Shown one piece after another: positions 1 to 8,143 of a stretch of DNA of 46,651 nucleotides. The DNA is from Candidatus Woesearchaeota archaeon (GTDB lineage Archaea; Nanobdellota; Nanobdellia; SCGC-AAA011-G17; ARS1403). Location of the stretch: contig CAYIWL010000001.1 in NCBI GenBank assembly GCA_964367085.1, forward strand, positions 1-46,651, in the 5' to 3' direction. The translations under genes and the position numbers were made by a program. How positions within the stretch are numbered: position 1 is the stretch's first letter; each line of letters opens with the position of its first letter. The notes below the pieces were generated by a model. It saw only the letters and a list, made by a program, of their open reading frames with translations. It ran no database searches and had not been told where the DNA came from.

Positions 1-378
1 AATGAATATAATTTAAGATTTGCATTTAAAAACAAAAATACTGAAAACAAATTCAAGCTTGAAAAATTTGAGATTGAACTTCCTGATGGGATGAGTTTTA
101 GCGATACAGGATGCGAAAAATTTAGCAACGGAGTATTGATGGAAGAATATTTTACTTCCATTAATAATGCATTGAACAATGAAGTTGGCGGAGAGAATTT
201 TGGCACTTGCAAAGTTAGAATCGATGAAAGGATTTTAGGCGGATCAATTTCTGACTTGGTGATGACGGGTTATGTAAATGCTACTATGTTATATGAATAT
301 ACAATAATCGCTGAGAGAGATGTAACTTTAAGACAGCCTGAAGAGGATCAGATAAAAGCAGAGGATGTTATTGCATAA
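1..378 (+). CDS. 3' end of a secreted-protein gene whose 5' end lies outside the window. Third member of the tandem paralog family with 1580..2530 and 2533..3480.
   Basis: Frame 1 is open from nt 1 to the stop at 376-378. The C-terminal pattern (IELPDG..C..C..LYEYTI..VTL) parallels the C-termini of the next two paralogs (IDLPGFGKGSC..C..LTYGYL..FTI and VTMPTNFKC..C..LNYNYL..VTV). Confidence 0.5.
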   Translation, partial: NEYNLRFAFKNKNTENKFKLEKFEIELPDGMSFSDTGCEKFSNGVLMEEYFTSINNALNNEVGGENFGTCKVRIDERILGGSISDLVMTGYVNATMLYEYTIIAERDVTLRQPEEDQIKAEDVIA

Positions 379-381
379 GTT

Positions 382-714
382 TTACTTAAGTCCCCTAAGC
401 ATATAAATCATGAGGACTAATAATAATCCTGATAATATAATTATAATTAATGATACAATGAAATTTATTAAAGCCAATGTCTTAAAAAATTTAGTTAAAT
501 TTTGTTTTTTACGCCTTACAACAAAACTTAGAATAATACTTGGAACTGCTAATAACATTATGGAATCAAATGGGGCTAGCAATGAATATTTGGATAGCCA
601 TGGAGCAAGCCCGATTATATCTAAGAAAGAATCACCAATGATAATTAGCATTAGTATATTCAAAGACGAATTTATAATTAACAAGAGTTCTGTTTTTTTA
701 TTGTTATTATTCAT
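382..714 (-). CDS. Small multi-pass membrane protein, hypothetical
   Basis: The 110-aa ORF has three or four hydrophobic segments. It is preferred over the overlapping + strand ORF 410..724, whose translation looks like antisense noise. Confidence 0.4.
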   Translation of the reverse strand: MNNNNKKTELLLIINSSLNILMLIIIGDSFLDIIGLAPWLSKYSLLAPFDSIMLLAVPSIILSFVVRRKKQNLTKFFKTLALINFIVSLIIIILSGLLLVLMIYMLRGLK

Positions 715-809
715 CTTTTTGTAGTAATCATCTTACTTATTAAATTTTATGGTATTATTATTTTGAAATCTTCTAAACATTTAAAAATATAATGGAATAT
801 TCGTCTTGA

Positions 810-1143
810 ATGAACTATAAAGATCAGATTATTAGACATTTAAAGAAGTTTAAAAATATAAATAGCATTGAGATAGACTCACATGCTGTATTGAGGGCAA
901 AAGAGAAATATTGATTTGGATGAAGTCAAATATAACCTGCTAAATCCGTCTAAAAGACTTTCTTTTGCTAATATGCTTGAACCTGATGAGGATAGGCTGG
1001 AAAAATTCAAATGTTATTTAGGATATAGCAAAACACAATGCCATATATATGTAATTAAATTTAATGAGAAAATAATTGTCAAAACAGTTGTCAAACTTAA
1101 CAAGAGGTGGCAGAAAAGAGCTGAAAAGCTTTTGAAAAGATAA
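810..1143 (+). pseudogene. DUF4258-like toxin gene split by a 1-nt frameshift
   Basis: ATG 810 opens MNYKDQIIRHLKKFKNINSIEIDSHAVLRAKEKY and stops at 912-914. The homology continues in the +1 frame as (R)NIDLDEVKYNLLNP...HIYVIKFNEKIIVKTVV (track ORF 916..1143, TTG-started). The junction lies in the A-rich run at 898-912. Confidence 0.5.
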
Positions 1144-1156
1144 GTTTTTATATGCA

Positions 1157-1534
1157 ATGAACTTGGTTAGAAAGATGAGATTTAACATAGATTATGATGA
1201 GAAAAGTGATGATCTTTTTCTTTATAATGATAGAGATAGTAAGGGAAGTATTGAGATGGGAGATTTGATACTTGATTTTGATTCTGATGGAAACTTAACC
1301 CCGATAGAACTTTTGAATGCCACTACTTTTCTTAGAGATAGTGTTTCCGATAAGGAGGAGAAGCTGGTTACGGGTGACTTCTTGCTTACTCTGATTGGTG
1401 CTGAAGTTTTTACAAAGCAACAAAGTAATTTTCTATTTATCAAGATAATCCTCACTGGAAAGAAAGATGTAATCTCCTTCCCAATAAATGCCCCTTTAAT
1501 TGGAGAGGCTAGTCCTGCTTTGGTTTATCCATAG
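1157..1534 (+). CDS. DUF2283-like small protein, the usual partner of DUF4258 and a putative antitoxin
   Basis: The N-terminus (RFNIDYDEKSDDLFLY...GDLILDFDSDGNLTPIELLNAT) matches the DUF2283 pattern. The true start may be ATG 1175. The gene lies directly downstream of the DUF4258-like gene. Confidence 0.55.
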   Translation: MNLVRKMRFNIDYDEKSDDLFLYNDRDSKGSIEMGDLILDFDSDGNLTPIELLNATTFLRDSVSDKEEKLVTGDFLLTLIGAEVFTKQQSNFLFIKIILTGKKDVISFPINAPLIGEASPALVYP

Positions 1535-1579
1535 AAACATTTTTATACGAATTCCTGTTTTTTTATTAAAAAGGTGTGA

Positions 1580-2530
1580 TTGATGAGTAAACTGAAGATA
1601 ATTATTATTCTGATTGCTTTGTTTTTTGTAGTTGGGCAGAAATGCGAGCTTGGGAAAAATAAAGAAGGAATTTCTGAAGATGATTTCTCCGGAACAAAAG
1701 GAATTGTTTTGAGCTTTGTCGACGGACTTCCACCTAAAGAAGTTTGGAAGGGGATTGACTTTGGAATTTGGCTTGATGTGCACAATCGGGGCTTTGAAGA
1801 TGTTTCAGCCGGAAGGGTTTGCATTGGGTCTCTACCTAACAGCATATTTACAAAATCTGATAGTTGTCTTGAACTTGGAGAACTCTCTGGGAGGAAAAAT
1901 TTTCCCGGGGGAGAGATAAAAACTTATGGAGAGACAGAGTGGGATGGGTTTTCTGTTGATGAAGATTATAAAGTCAATGTTGATACTGGATATCCTATAG
2001 TTGCCAAAACATGCTATGAGTACAGCACTAGTTTAGCTCCGCTTATTTGTATTCGAGATTTGACTATGAATGAAAGGGAAGCAGTTTGTAATGCTGGAGA
2101 GATTAAACTTGGAAGTAAAGGACAGGGTGCTCCTGTTTCTGTTACTTATTTGAAAGAGGACATTATTCCTAGAGGAGATGAGAATGAATTATTCTTTACT
2201 TTTAAAATCAAAAACGAAGATGATGGCGAGGTTATAAAAGCTGAAAAAATTGGCGATGATAAGGATAGTGGGAAATGCAGCTTTGAAAGGAAAGATAAAA
2301 ACAAAGTAAACATTGAAATTGACTTGCCTGGATTTGGGAAAGGAAGCTGCAAAAATGGCGGTGAAGTTGTTCTGATTAACGGAGAGGGACAGGCATTTTG
2401 CTCTGGAATCAAAGTTCCTAAAGGCGAGAGTTTTTCGTTACCTTTAAATATTAAATTAACATATGGATATCTATCTCATATTAGAGGTGAGTTCACAATT
2501 AAGAAAGATATTACATCGGAGGCTGAATAA
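1580..2530 (+). CDS. Secreted or membrane-anchored surface protein, paralog 2 of the tandem family
   Basis: It has an N-terminal hydrophobic signal/anchor (KLKIIIILIALFFVVGQKC). GIVLSFVDGLPPKEVWKG aligns with GLVIDFVDDAPPLSGIFKG in the next ORF, and the Cys positions and C-terminus are shared. Confidence 0.6.
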   Translation: MMSKLKIIIILIALFFVVGQKCELGKNKEGISEDDFSGTKGIVLSFVDGLPPKEVWKGIDFGIWLDVHNRGFEDVSAGRVCIGSLPNSIFTKSDSCLELGELSGRKNFPGGEIKTYGETEWDGFSVDEDYKVNVDTGYPIVAKTCYEYSTSLAPLICIRDLTMNEREAVCNAGEIKLGSKGQGAPVSVTYLKEDIIPRGDENELFFTFKIKNEDDGEVIKAEKIGDDKDSGKCSFERKDKNKVNIEIDLPGFGKGSCKNGGEVVLINGEGQAFCSGIKVPKGESFSLPLNIKLTYGYLSHIRGEFTIKKDITSEAE

Positions 2531-2532
2531 AA

Positions 2533-3480
2533 ATGAAAAAAAAAGGGTACTTTTTATTTTTAATATTTGTAGCAATCTTCCTTGTTTCCGGACAGACTTG
2601 CGACAGAAGTAAGGAAAAAGGAGAAGGTGGATTTTTAGGGGGAAAGGAAGGGCTTGTAATTGATTTTGTCGACGACGCTCCTCCTCTTAGTGGAATATTT
2701 AAGGGAGAAGAGTTTCCAATTGATGTCGAGATAATAAACAAAGGAGAGGCTGATATTGGAGAGAATTCAGTTACTTTATATTTAACAGGAGCTTTATATT
2801 CTAGCAACTCAATCACAACGAGTAATGAAGATAAGCAAACTGGCAATGATGCTTTTATAGCTGGTGTTGAAGAAAGTGAAGGAAAGAGGGTTGAGGATAG
2901 CCTTGTTGTACCTTTTGGAACTGTTACTTACAATGGAGAAATTTTAGGAGATAGTGTTCCTTTGGAGGTTGGTGTTAGTGTGTGTTATCCTTACGAAACT
3001 AAAGTTCAAATAGATGATTTCTGTGTGCCTAGCACTGCAAGAACTGTTACTGGAACTGATGATTGTGAGATTATAACAACGGAGAATATAGTAAGGGAGA
3101 AAGAAAATTCCGGAGCTCCTGTGCAAATAACTTCTTTAAGAGAGCAAGAAGGTCCTAATTTTGTCAGAGTTACTCTAGACATTAATAACGTTGGAACGGG
3201 GGATGTAGTTGCTACTGGGGTTTGCAAAAGAGGCTTGGAAAGAAGTGATTTGAATCAAGTGCAAGTTACTATGCCAACAAATTTTAAATGCAGCTTTAGA
3301 GATGCAGAAACTGAGACCAATCAAGGCGTCGTTGACTTGAGAGGCGGGCATGGAGTTTTGAGATGCAAGAGAGACGTGAGCAATTCCGGAAGTGCATTCA
3401 AAGAAAGCATTGCAGTAACTTTGAACTACAACTACTTGCAGGAAATTTCAAAAGCAGTGACTGTTAATAAAGGCGCTTAA
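2533..3480 (+). CDS. Secreted or membrane-anchored surface protein, paralog 3 of the tandem family
   Basis: The signal/anchor is YFLFLIFVAIFLVSGQTC. It is collinear with 1580..2530 and starts 2 nt after that gene's stop. Confidence 0.6.
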   Translation: MKKKGYFLFLIFVAIFLVSGQTCDRSKEKGEGGFLGGKEGLVIDFVDDAPPLSGIFKGEEFPIDVEIINKGEADIGENSVTLYLTGALYSSNSITTSNEDKQTGNDAFIAGVEESEGKRVEDSLVVPFGTVTYNGEILGDSVPLEVGVSVCYPYETKVQIDDFCVPSTARTVTGTDDCEIITTENIVREKENSGAPVQITSLREQEGPNFVRVTLDINNVGTGDVVATGVCKRGLERSDLNQVQVTMPTNFKCSFRDAETETNQGVVDLRGGHGVLRCKRDVSNSGSAFKESIAVTLNYNYLQEISKAVTVNKGA

Positions 3481-3504
3481 ATAAGTTTATAAGTTTATAA
3501 GTTT
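3481..3504. repeat. Three perfect tandem copies of the 8-mer ATAAGTTT
   Basis: The copies were read directly at 3481-3488, 3489-3496 and 3497-3504. The array starts immediately after the stop of 2533..3480 and is followed by a T-rich tract. Confidence 0.9.
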
Positions 3505-3574
3505 TTTATTTCTTTTATATTTTTATTATGGAAATTATTGCTGACTTATAATTGCATAATATACTTGCTAAATA

Positions 3575-3582
3575 TTTATATA
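3575..3582 (+). promoter_or_regulatory. TATA-box-like octamer TTTATATA for the 3605 gene
   Basis: It lies 30 nt upstream of ATG 3605. The same geometry recurs at other first genes in the window. Confidence 0.4.
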
Positions 3583-3604
3583 GAAGTAATACCTAAATTA
3601 TATA

Positions 3605-4846
3605 ATGTTTAATCGACGTGAAGCCGGAATTAATTTCTCACAAATAAAATATAAATTATTAAATAATTCTACTTTTATTCCACATATTCGTTCTGATGGT
3701 ACTTCATCTATCCCTTACACTATTTTAGATAGGTTTATTTATGAACTTCCTGCAGTAGCACTTCTTAAGATATATACTGAGAGAAACTTCAATCTGAGAA
3801 TCAAGAAATTGCATTTAGTAGGAAATAGTTTTATAATTTCTTTAAAAGCCGAAAGAAATTTTAAGAATATAAAAATTCAAGTATTAAATATTAAATCTAA
3901 GAAGAAACTTCTAGATAGAAAAAATGTTGATTTTGTGAAATATATACCAAAATTTACTTCAAAAAAAACTCCCATATATATCTTTGATGATGATTCTTCT
4001 TACGTTATTGGTGGGCACTATAAGAAAGATATTCTTGTTAAAAAAGAGATTTTACAGGATAAAAATATCCCCCTTGTTTTGGGATTGTATTTAACTGAAG
4101 GAGGTAAAATTGATGCAACATTTACTAATTCTTGGCCTGAAGCAATTAACGTTGTTTTAAATTTTGTTGAAAGAAATTTTAGTATTCCAAGAAAAAAAGT
4201 TCTTGTTAGTATTTGTTGTAATCCCAATCTTAAATCTAAAAAATCAGAATTAGAACATTTTTGGACTGAAAAAACAGGTATAACAAATTTCTTTAAAAAT
4301 TTGCACTTTAACAAAAATGTTAGATCTCCCCAAGGAATTTTAGAATTATATTTTTCGAGTAAGATAATTAAAGAGATATTTGTAAACTTATGTTATAAAT
4401 TAGATCTTGATAAAAATTTTAAATTTATTGATGGATTCTTATCTGGTGATGGTTCTCCAATCTTACAAAATAAAGCTTGTATAACTCATCATATTCTCTT
4501 TGATTCTAAAGCAAAAAATTATGATAAATATAAAAGGATTTTTGAAGGATACAAATTTGGGCTTATAAATAAAAATCGGTTTGTTATCTATACTAATTGG
4601 GAACAAAATTTAGAATTATTAATGAATGGAGCATACTTGCATAGTCCAATGAAGAGATTTAGATTCCTTAAATACTTTTTATCTCTTCCTAAAACAAAAA
4701 TTGTAAATAATAAGGATGTAATAAAATTAAGAAATGAATTTATAAAACAAAAACATTATCTAGAAGAGTTTTATAAATCTTTGGCTATCAAGTATAATAT
4801 TTATTCTATTAACAGAATGGGAGAGTATATAAAATGGAATTTATAA
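3605..4846 (+). CDS. Free-standing double-motif LAGLIDADG-like protein, a candidate homing endonuclease or derivative
   Basis: There are two LAGLIDADG-type motifs about 116 aa apart: LGLYLTEGGK (about 4079-4108) and IDGFLSGDGS (about 4427-4456). An N-terminal extension of roughly 160 aa has no recognisable motif. Confidence 0.5.
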   Translation: MFNRREAGINFSQIKYKLLNNSTFIPHIRSDGTSSIPYTILDRFIYELPAVALLKIYTERNFNLRIKKLHLVGNSFIISLKAERNFKNIKIQVLNIKSKKKLLDRKNVDFVKYIPKFTSKKTPIYIFDDDSSYVIGGHYKKDILVKKEILQDKNIPLVLGLYLTEGGKIDATFTNSWPEAINVVLNFVERNFSIPRKKVLVSICCNPNLKSKKSELEHFWTEKTGITNFFKNLHFNKNVRSPQGILELYFSSKIIKEIFVNLCYKLDLDKNFKFIDGFLSGDGSPILQNKACITHHILFDSKAKNYDKYKRIFEGYKFGLINKNRFVIYTNWEQNLELLMNGAYLHSPMKRFRFLKYFLSLPKTKIVNNKDVIKLRNEFIKQKHYLEEFYKSLAIKYNIYSINRMGEYIKWNL

Positions 4847-6081
4847 GTGATCTTCAGATTCATTCTTCGCATTCAAGAGCTACAAGCAAGAATATAACTT
4901 TTCAAAATTTAGAAAAATTTGCCAGGATAAAAGGTTTGAACCTACTTGGTACGGGGGACTTTCAACATCCAATACAATTTAAAACAATAACTAATGAATT
5001 GGAAGAAGATAATAATGGCATATTGTGGACTAAAACTAAATTCCCATTTTTATTGCAAACAGAAATTAGTTTGATATATACTGATAAAGAAAGAAACAAA
5101 GGACAGAGAGTTCATCATTTAATTTTTTCACCTAATTTAGATACTGCTAAACAAATAATTGATAAACTCGGCAGCAAAGGAAGATTAGATTATGATGGAA
5201 GACCAATTTTTGGATTTAATAGTGTTGAATTAATAGATATGATGAGAAGCATAAATGTGGATATTGAGATTATTCCTGCTCATGTATGGACACCACATTT
5301 TTCTCTTATGGGTGAATATAATCAGCTGAATAAAGTTGAGGACTGCTTCCAAGAGAATACAAAATATATTCATGCTTTAGAGACAGGGATGTCCAGCGAT
5401 CCCGCAGATAATTGGAGAATAAGTGCTTTGGACAAATTTCAATTAGTTAGTTTTAGCGATGCACATAGCATGTGGCCTTACCGCTTAGGAAGAGAAGCAA
5501 CTGTATTTGATTTTAATGAGTTGAGCTATAAAAATTTCCTTAAAGCAATTAGAACTGGTGAAGGACTTAAGAGTACAATCGAAACGCCAACTTTTTACGG
5601 TAAATATCATTATTCTGGACATAGAAATTGTGGAATTGTTTTAGACCCTAAAGAATCTTTGAAAAATAATCAAATTTGCCCAAAATGCGGAAATAAATTG
5701 ATAGTCGGAGTTGCTGATAGAATTGAAAAAATGGCTGATAGACCTGAAGGATACAAAAGAAAAAATATCAAACCCTTTGTTTCTTTGATTCCACTGCAAG
5801 AACTAATTTCTGCTGTGTATGGGATTAAACAATTAAATTCTAAAAATATTTGGAAAATCTATGATAAATTAATTGAGGAATTTGGAAATGAGCTCAATGT
5901 TTTGCTCAATGCTTCTGAAAACGAGCTCAGAAAAATCGTTCATGAGAAACTGGCTAAGATAATTATATTGAACAGGGAAGGAAAACTGAAAATAAAAGCA
6001 GGCTTTGATGGGGTTTACGGGGTGATTGAATTGAATGAGAAAGATAAAATTAAAACGCAGAAAAGTTTGGGGGAGTTTTAA
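4834..6081 (+). CDS. Endonuclease Q (PHP-domain, Zn-ribbon endonuclease acting at deaminated bases)
   Basis: It is collinear with the remembered Pyrococcus EndoQ at DLQIHSSHSRATSK, KGLNLLGTGD, RVHHLIFSP, IPAHVWTPHFS, LETGMSSDP, SFSDAHSMWPYRLGRE, GKYHYSGHRNC and CPKCGNKLIVGVADRI. It overlaps the previous ORF by 13 nt. Confidence 0.85.
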   Translation: MEFISDLQIHSSHSRATSKNITFQNLEKFARIKGLNLLGTGDFQHPIQFKTITNELEEDNNGILWTKTKFPFLLQTEISLIYTDKERNKGQRVHHLIFSPNLDTAKQIIDKLGSKGRLDYDGRPIFGFNSVELIDMMRSINVDIEIIPAHVWTPHFSLMGEYNQLNKVEDCFQENTKYIHALETGMSSDPADNWRISALDKFQLVSFSDAHSMWPYRLGREATVFDFNELSYKNFLKAIRTGEGLKSTIETPTFYGKYHYSGHRNCGIVLDPKESLKNNQICPKCGNKLIVGVADRIEKMADRPEGYKRKNIKPFVSLIPLQELISAVYGIKQLNSKNIWKIYDKLIEEFGNELNVLLNASENELRKIVHEKLAKIIILNREGKLKIKAGFDGVYGVIELNEKDKIKTQKSLGEF

Positions 6082-6142
6082 GAAATTATTTCAAAAATAA
6101 ACCGAAAGTTATATAAGTTAGTAGTTGTTATAACAAGGTATA

Positions 6143-6349
6143 ATGATGGTTGAAATCATTTATAGTAAACATGCGAATGACAAACGAATTTTATATGGCT
6201 TATCAAAGGAGCAGATTGAAAGAGCGGTTAAAAGAGGAGCAATATCGAAGCAGACTGACGGTTTCCTTGCTTCATATAGAGAAATTAAAATTGCTTACAA
6301 AAAATTGGATGGAGAGGGATATTATCTAAAAACGATATATATTGATTAA
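6143..6349 (+). CDS. Small DUF4258-like putative toxin
   Basis: The 68-aa product has IIYSKHANDKRILYGLSKEQIERAVKRG near the N-terminus and YYLKTIY at the C-terminus, similar to the split gene at 810..1143. Confidence 0.4.
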   Translation: MMVEIIYSKHANDKRILYGLSKEQIERAVKRGAISKQTDGFLASYREIKIAYKKLDGEGYYLKTIYID

Positions 6350-6350
6350 A

Positions 6351-6689
6351 ATGAAACTTGACAAGTGTCCGGAATGTGAAGGAAAAATAGAAGAGAAAAA
6401 TCTGGATTATATCCTAGTGGGAGTAGATTTAGGGAAGTTTCCAACTTTGGTTTGCAGCGAATGTGGGAAACAGTTTTATGAAGATAAAGTGTTAGATCAA
6501 ATAGACGAATCTGCAAAAAAGAAGGGATTATGGGGACTAGAGCATAAGACAAAATTAAATGCTTTGGGGAATGGGCTTGCAATAAGGCTGAGCAAAAATC
6601 AGATTAATTTTGGCAACTTAAAAAAGGGTAAAGAAGTTTTGGTTTATCCTGAATCTAAAGATAAATTTATTATTGAAATACAACATTGA
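6351..6689 (+). CDS. Putative antitoxin with an N-terminal CxxC..CxxC zinc ribbon and a C-terminal AbrB/SpoVT-like domain
   Basis: The motifs are CPECEG...CSECGK (zinc ribbon) and GNGLAIRLSKNQINFGNLKKGKEVLVYPESKDKFIIE (AbrB-like). ATG 6351 lies 2 nt after the upstream stop. The track ORF starts at TTG 6342. Confidence 0.5.
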   Translation: MKLDKCPECEGKIEEKNLDYILVGVDLGKFPTLVCSECGKQFYEDKVLDQIDESAKKKGLWGLEHKTKLNALGNGLAIRLSKNQINFGNLKKGKEVLVYPESKDKFIIEIQH

Positions 6690-6696
6690 ATGAGTT

Positions 6697-7353
6697 TTAG
6701 TGCTTGAAATATTTGTTAAATACATCATTTAACTCCTTGTTAATTTTTAGCAGTTCGTATGCATCTACGCCTTGTTTTTTTAGATAACTCAAGTTTGCAA
6801 CTATGTGAGCATGGATTTCATCAGCCCATACACTAGGATGATAGCCCCCGCCATATTTTGCGAGATAATCTATAATCTTTTTTTCTACTTTCTTATCAAT
6901 TTTATTTAATATTCTAGTTACTTCTCTCTTATAAGCTGGGTTTGTATAATAAAGCCCATGTGCTATCTCATGATTAAGGAGATGCTGGCTGGAATTTTTG
7001 GATGTTGCTACGATATAGAATCTTCCTTTTCTTTTATTTTTGAATAATCTTAGTAATGATTGTTCTTCTATAGATAAAGGGTCAAATCTTCCTTTATAGA
7101 AAGGCAATAATATTTTAGAAGGAATATTAAAACCGTCCCAGTCTCTGCAGTAAGTAAATTTTCCTGTTTTTTTGCCTAGAGGAGAATTGGCTATGTACCA
7201 TCTCTTAAATTCATCCAAACTAAAAATTTTCCCTCTGAATTTTGGTGATTCAAAATGTTCTTGAAACCTTAGAAGAGTTTTGGCTAGTTGCCATTGTGAT
7301 GGAAAAATTAAATGATAAATGTTTTGTGTCAGCTTTTTACATTTTATTTTCAT
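6697..7353 (-). CDS. Hypothetical protein with an HExxH motif (HEIAHG)
   Basis: The 218-aa ORF begins 3 nt downstream of the PAC2 gene on the same strand. I do not recognise the family. The only motif is LLNHEIAHGLYY. Confidence 0.45.
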   Translation of the reverse strand: MKIKCKKLTQNIYHLIFPSQWQLAKTLLRFQEHFESPKFRGKIFSLDEFKRWYIANSPLGKKTGKFTYCRDWDGFNIPSKILLPFYKGRFDPLSIEEQSLLRLFKNKRKGRFYIVATSKNSSQHLLNHEIAHGLYYTNPAYKREVTRILNKIDKKVEKKIIDYLAKYGGGYHPSVWADEIHAHIVANLSYLKKQGVDAYELLKINKELNDVFNKYFKH

Positions 7354-7355
7354 TG

Positions 7356-8120
7356 TTAACCAATGTAAGTAGTATCTGCCTTTGGCTGGATTTTTTGCTT
7401 TATGTCCTTGAAGAAATGCTTTTCTGATTCGGACTCTTCATTCATGTCTGAGATTTCTGCATCCAGTTCTGTCAAGTCAAGATCTAGTTTTAAGTTCTTG
7501 TTCAAAACATCCAGTATCTCTCTTGCTCCCTTTATTCCAAGATGATTGGGATGGCCGAATGTTTCTGCGAGAAATGAGATTGCCGGAATTTTTCTTTCTG
7601 CGCTTAATCCTAATAAAACTCCTGATACTCCAATAATTGGGCCTACAAAACCATACAGGCTTGTTGAAACCTGCTTTGCCCTGTACTTATCTATTAATCT
7701 CTTGTCATTTCCTGTTTTATAAACAGCGGGCTTCTTAGGATTTTCAGGCAAACCTATTCCACCTAATGTAATCACTTCTTTTGCTTTGTACTTTTCTATT
7801 ACATCTAAAATTTCTTCACAAAAAGCGTAGCATGATTTTTCATCCGTCGGTTGGATGTCACCTGCAAGAAACATTATTGATTTATTATTCATGTTTTTAT
7901 AATACATCTCTATCTTTGGCAGTTCAACTAAATTCTTTTCATTGACGAAAACAGAGTTAGGGAAATTGTGAGAAGAAATCTCGAGAAATTTCTTTGCTTG
8001 CATGTGTTCTATCATAAAATCAACTGCTATCTTTCCGACGTTGCCCATTCCAGGCAGGCCTTCTATCAGAATCGGATCTTTTAATTTTGGATTTGAGAAG
8101 GACTTTATTTTGAATGTCAT
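7356..8120 (-). CDS. PAC2-family proteasome assembly chaperone
   Basis: The N-terminus (DPILIEGLPGMGNVGKIAVDFMIEH) is PAC2-like, the size is right, and the gene sits in the conserved position after nop10. Confidence 0.7.
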   Translation of the reverse strand: MTFKIKSFSNPKLKDPILIEGLPGMGNVGKIAVDFMIEHMQAKKFLEISSHNFPNSVFVNEKNLVELPKIEMYYKNMNNKSIMFLAGDIQPTDEKSCYAFCEEILDVIEKYKAKEVITLGGIGLPENPKKPAVYKTGNDKRLIDKYRAKQVSTSLYGFVGPIIGVSGVLLGLSAERKIPAISFLAETFGHPNHLGIKGAREILDVLNKNLKLDLDLTELDAEISDMNEESESEKHFFKDIKQKIQPKADTTYIG

Positions 8121-8143
8121 CGATAAATCTAGGAGTATTGTTT

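Noticed and set aside
410-724. A + strand 104-aa ORF overlaps the minus-strand membrane-protein ORF 382..714.
   Set aside because: Only one of the two can plausibly be real. The minus-strand product has regular TM helices, while the + strand product looks like the mirror frame of an AT-rich gene.
912-914. I considered whether the TGA stop at 912-914 in the DUF4258-like gene is recoded (selenocysteine or stop-codon reassignment).
   Set aside because: The homologous sequence continues in the +1 frame rather than in the same frame. TGA also works as a normal stop at many well-supported genes in the window, including the ATGA overlaps.
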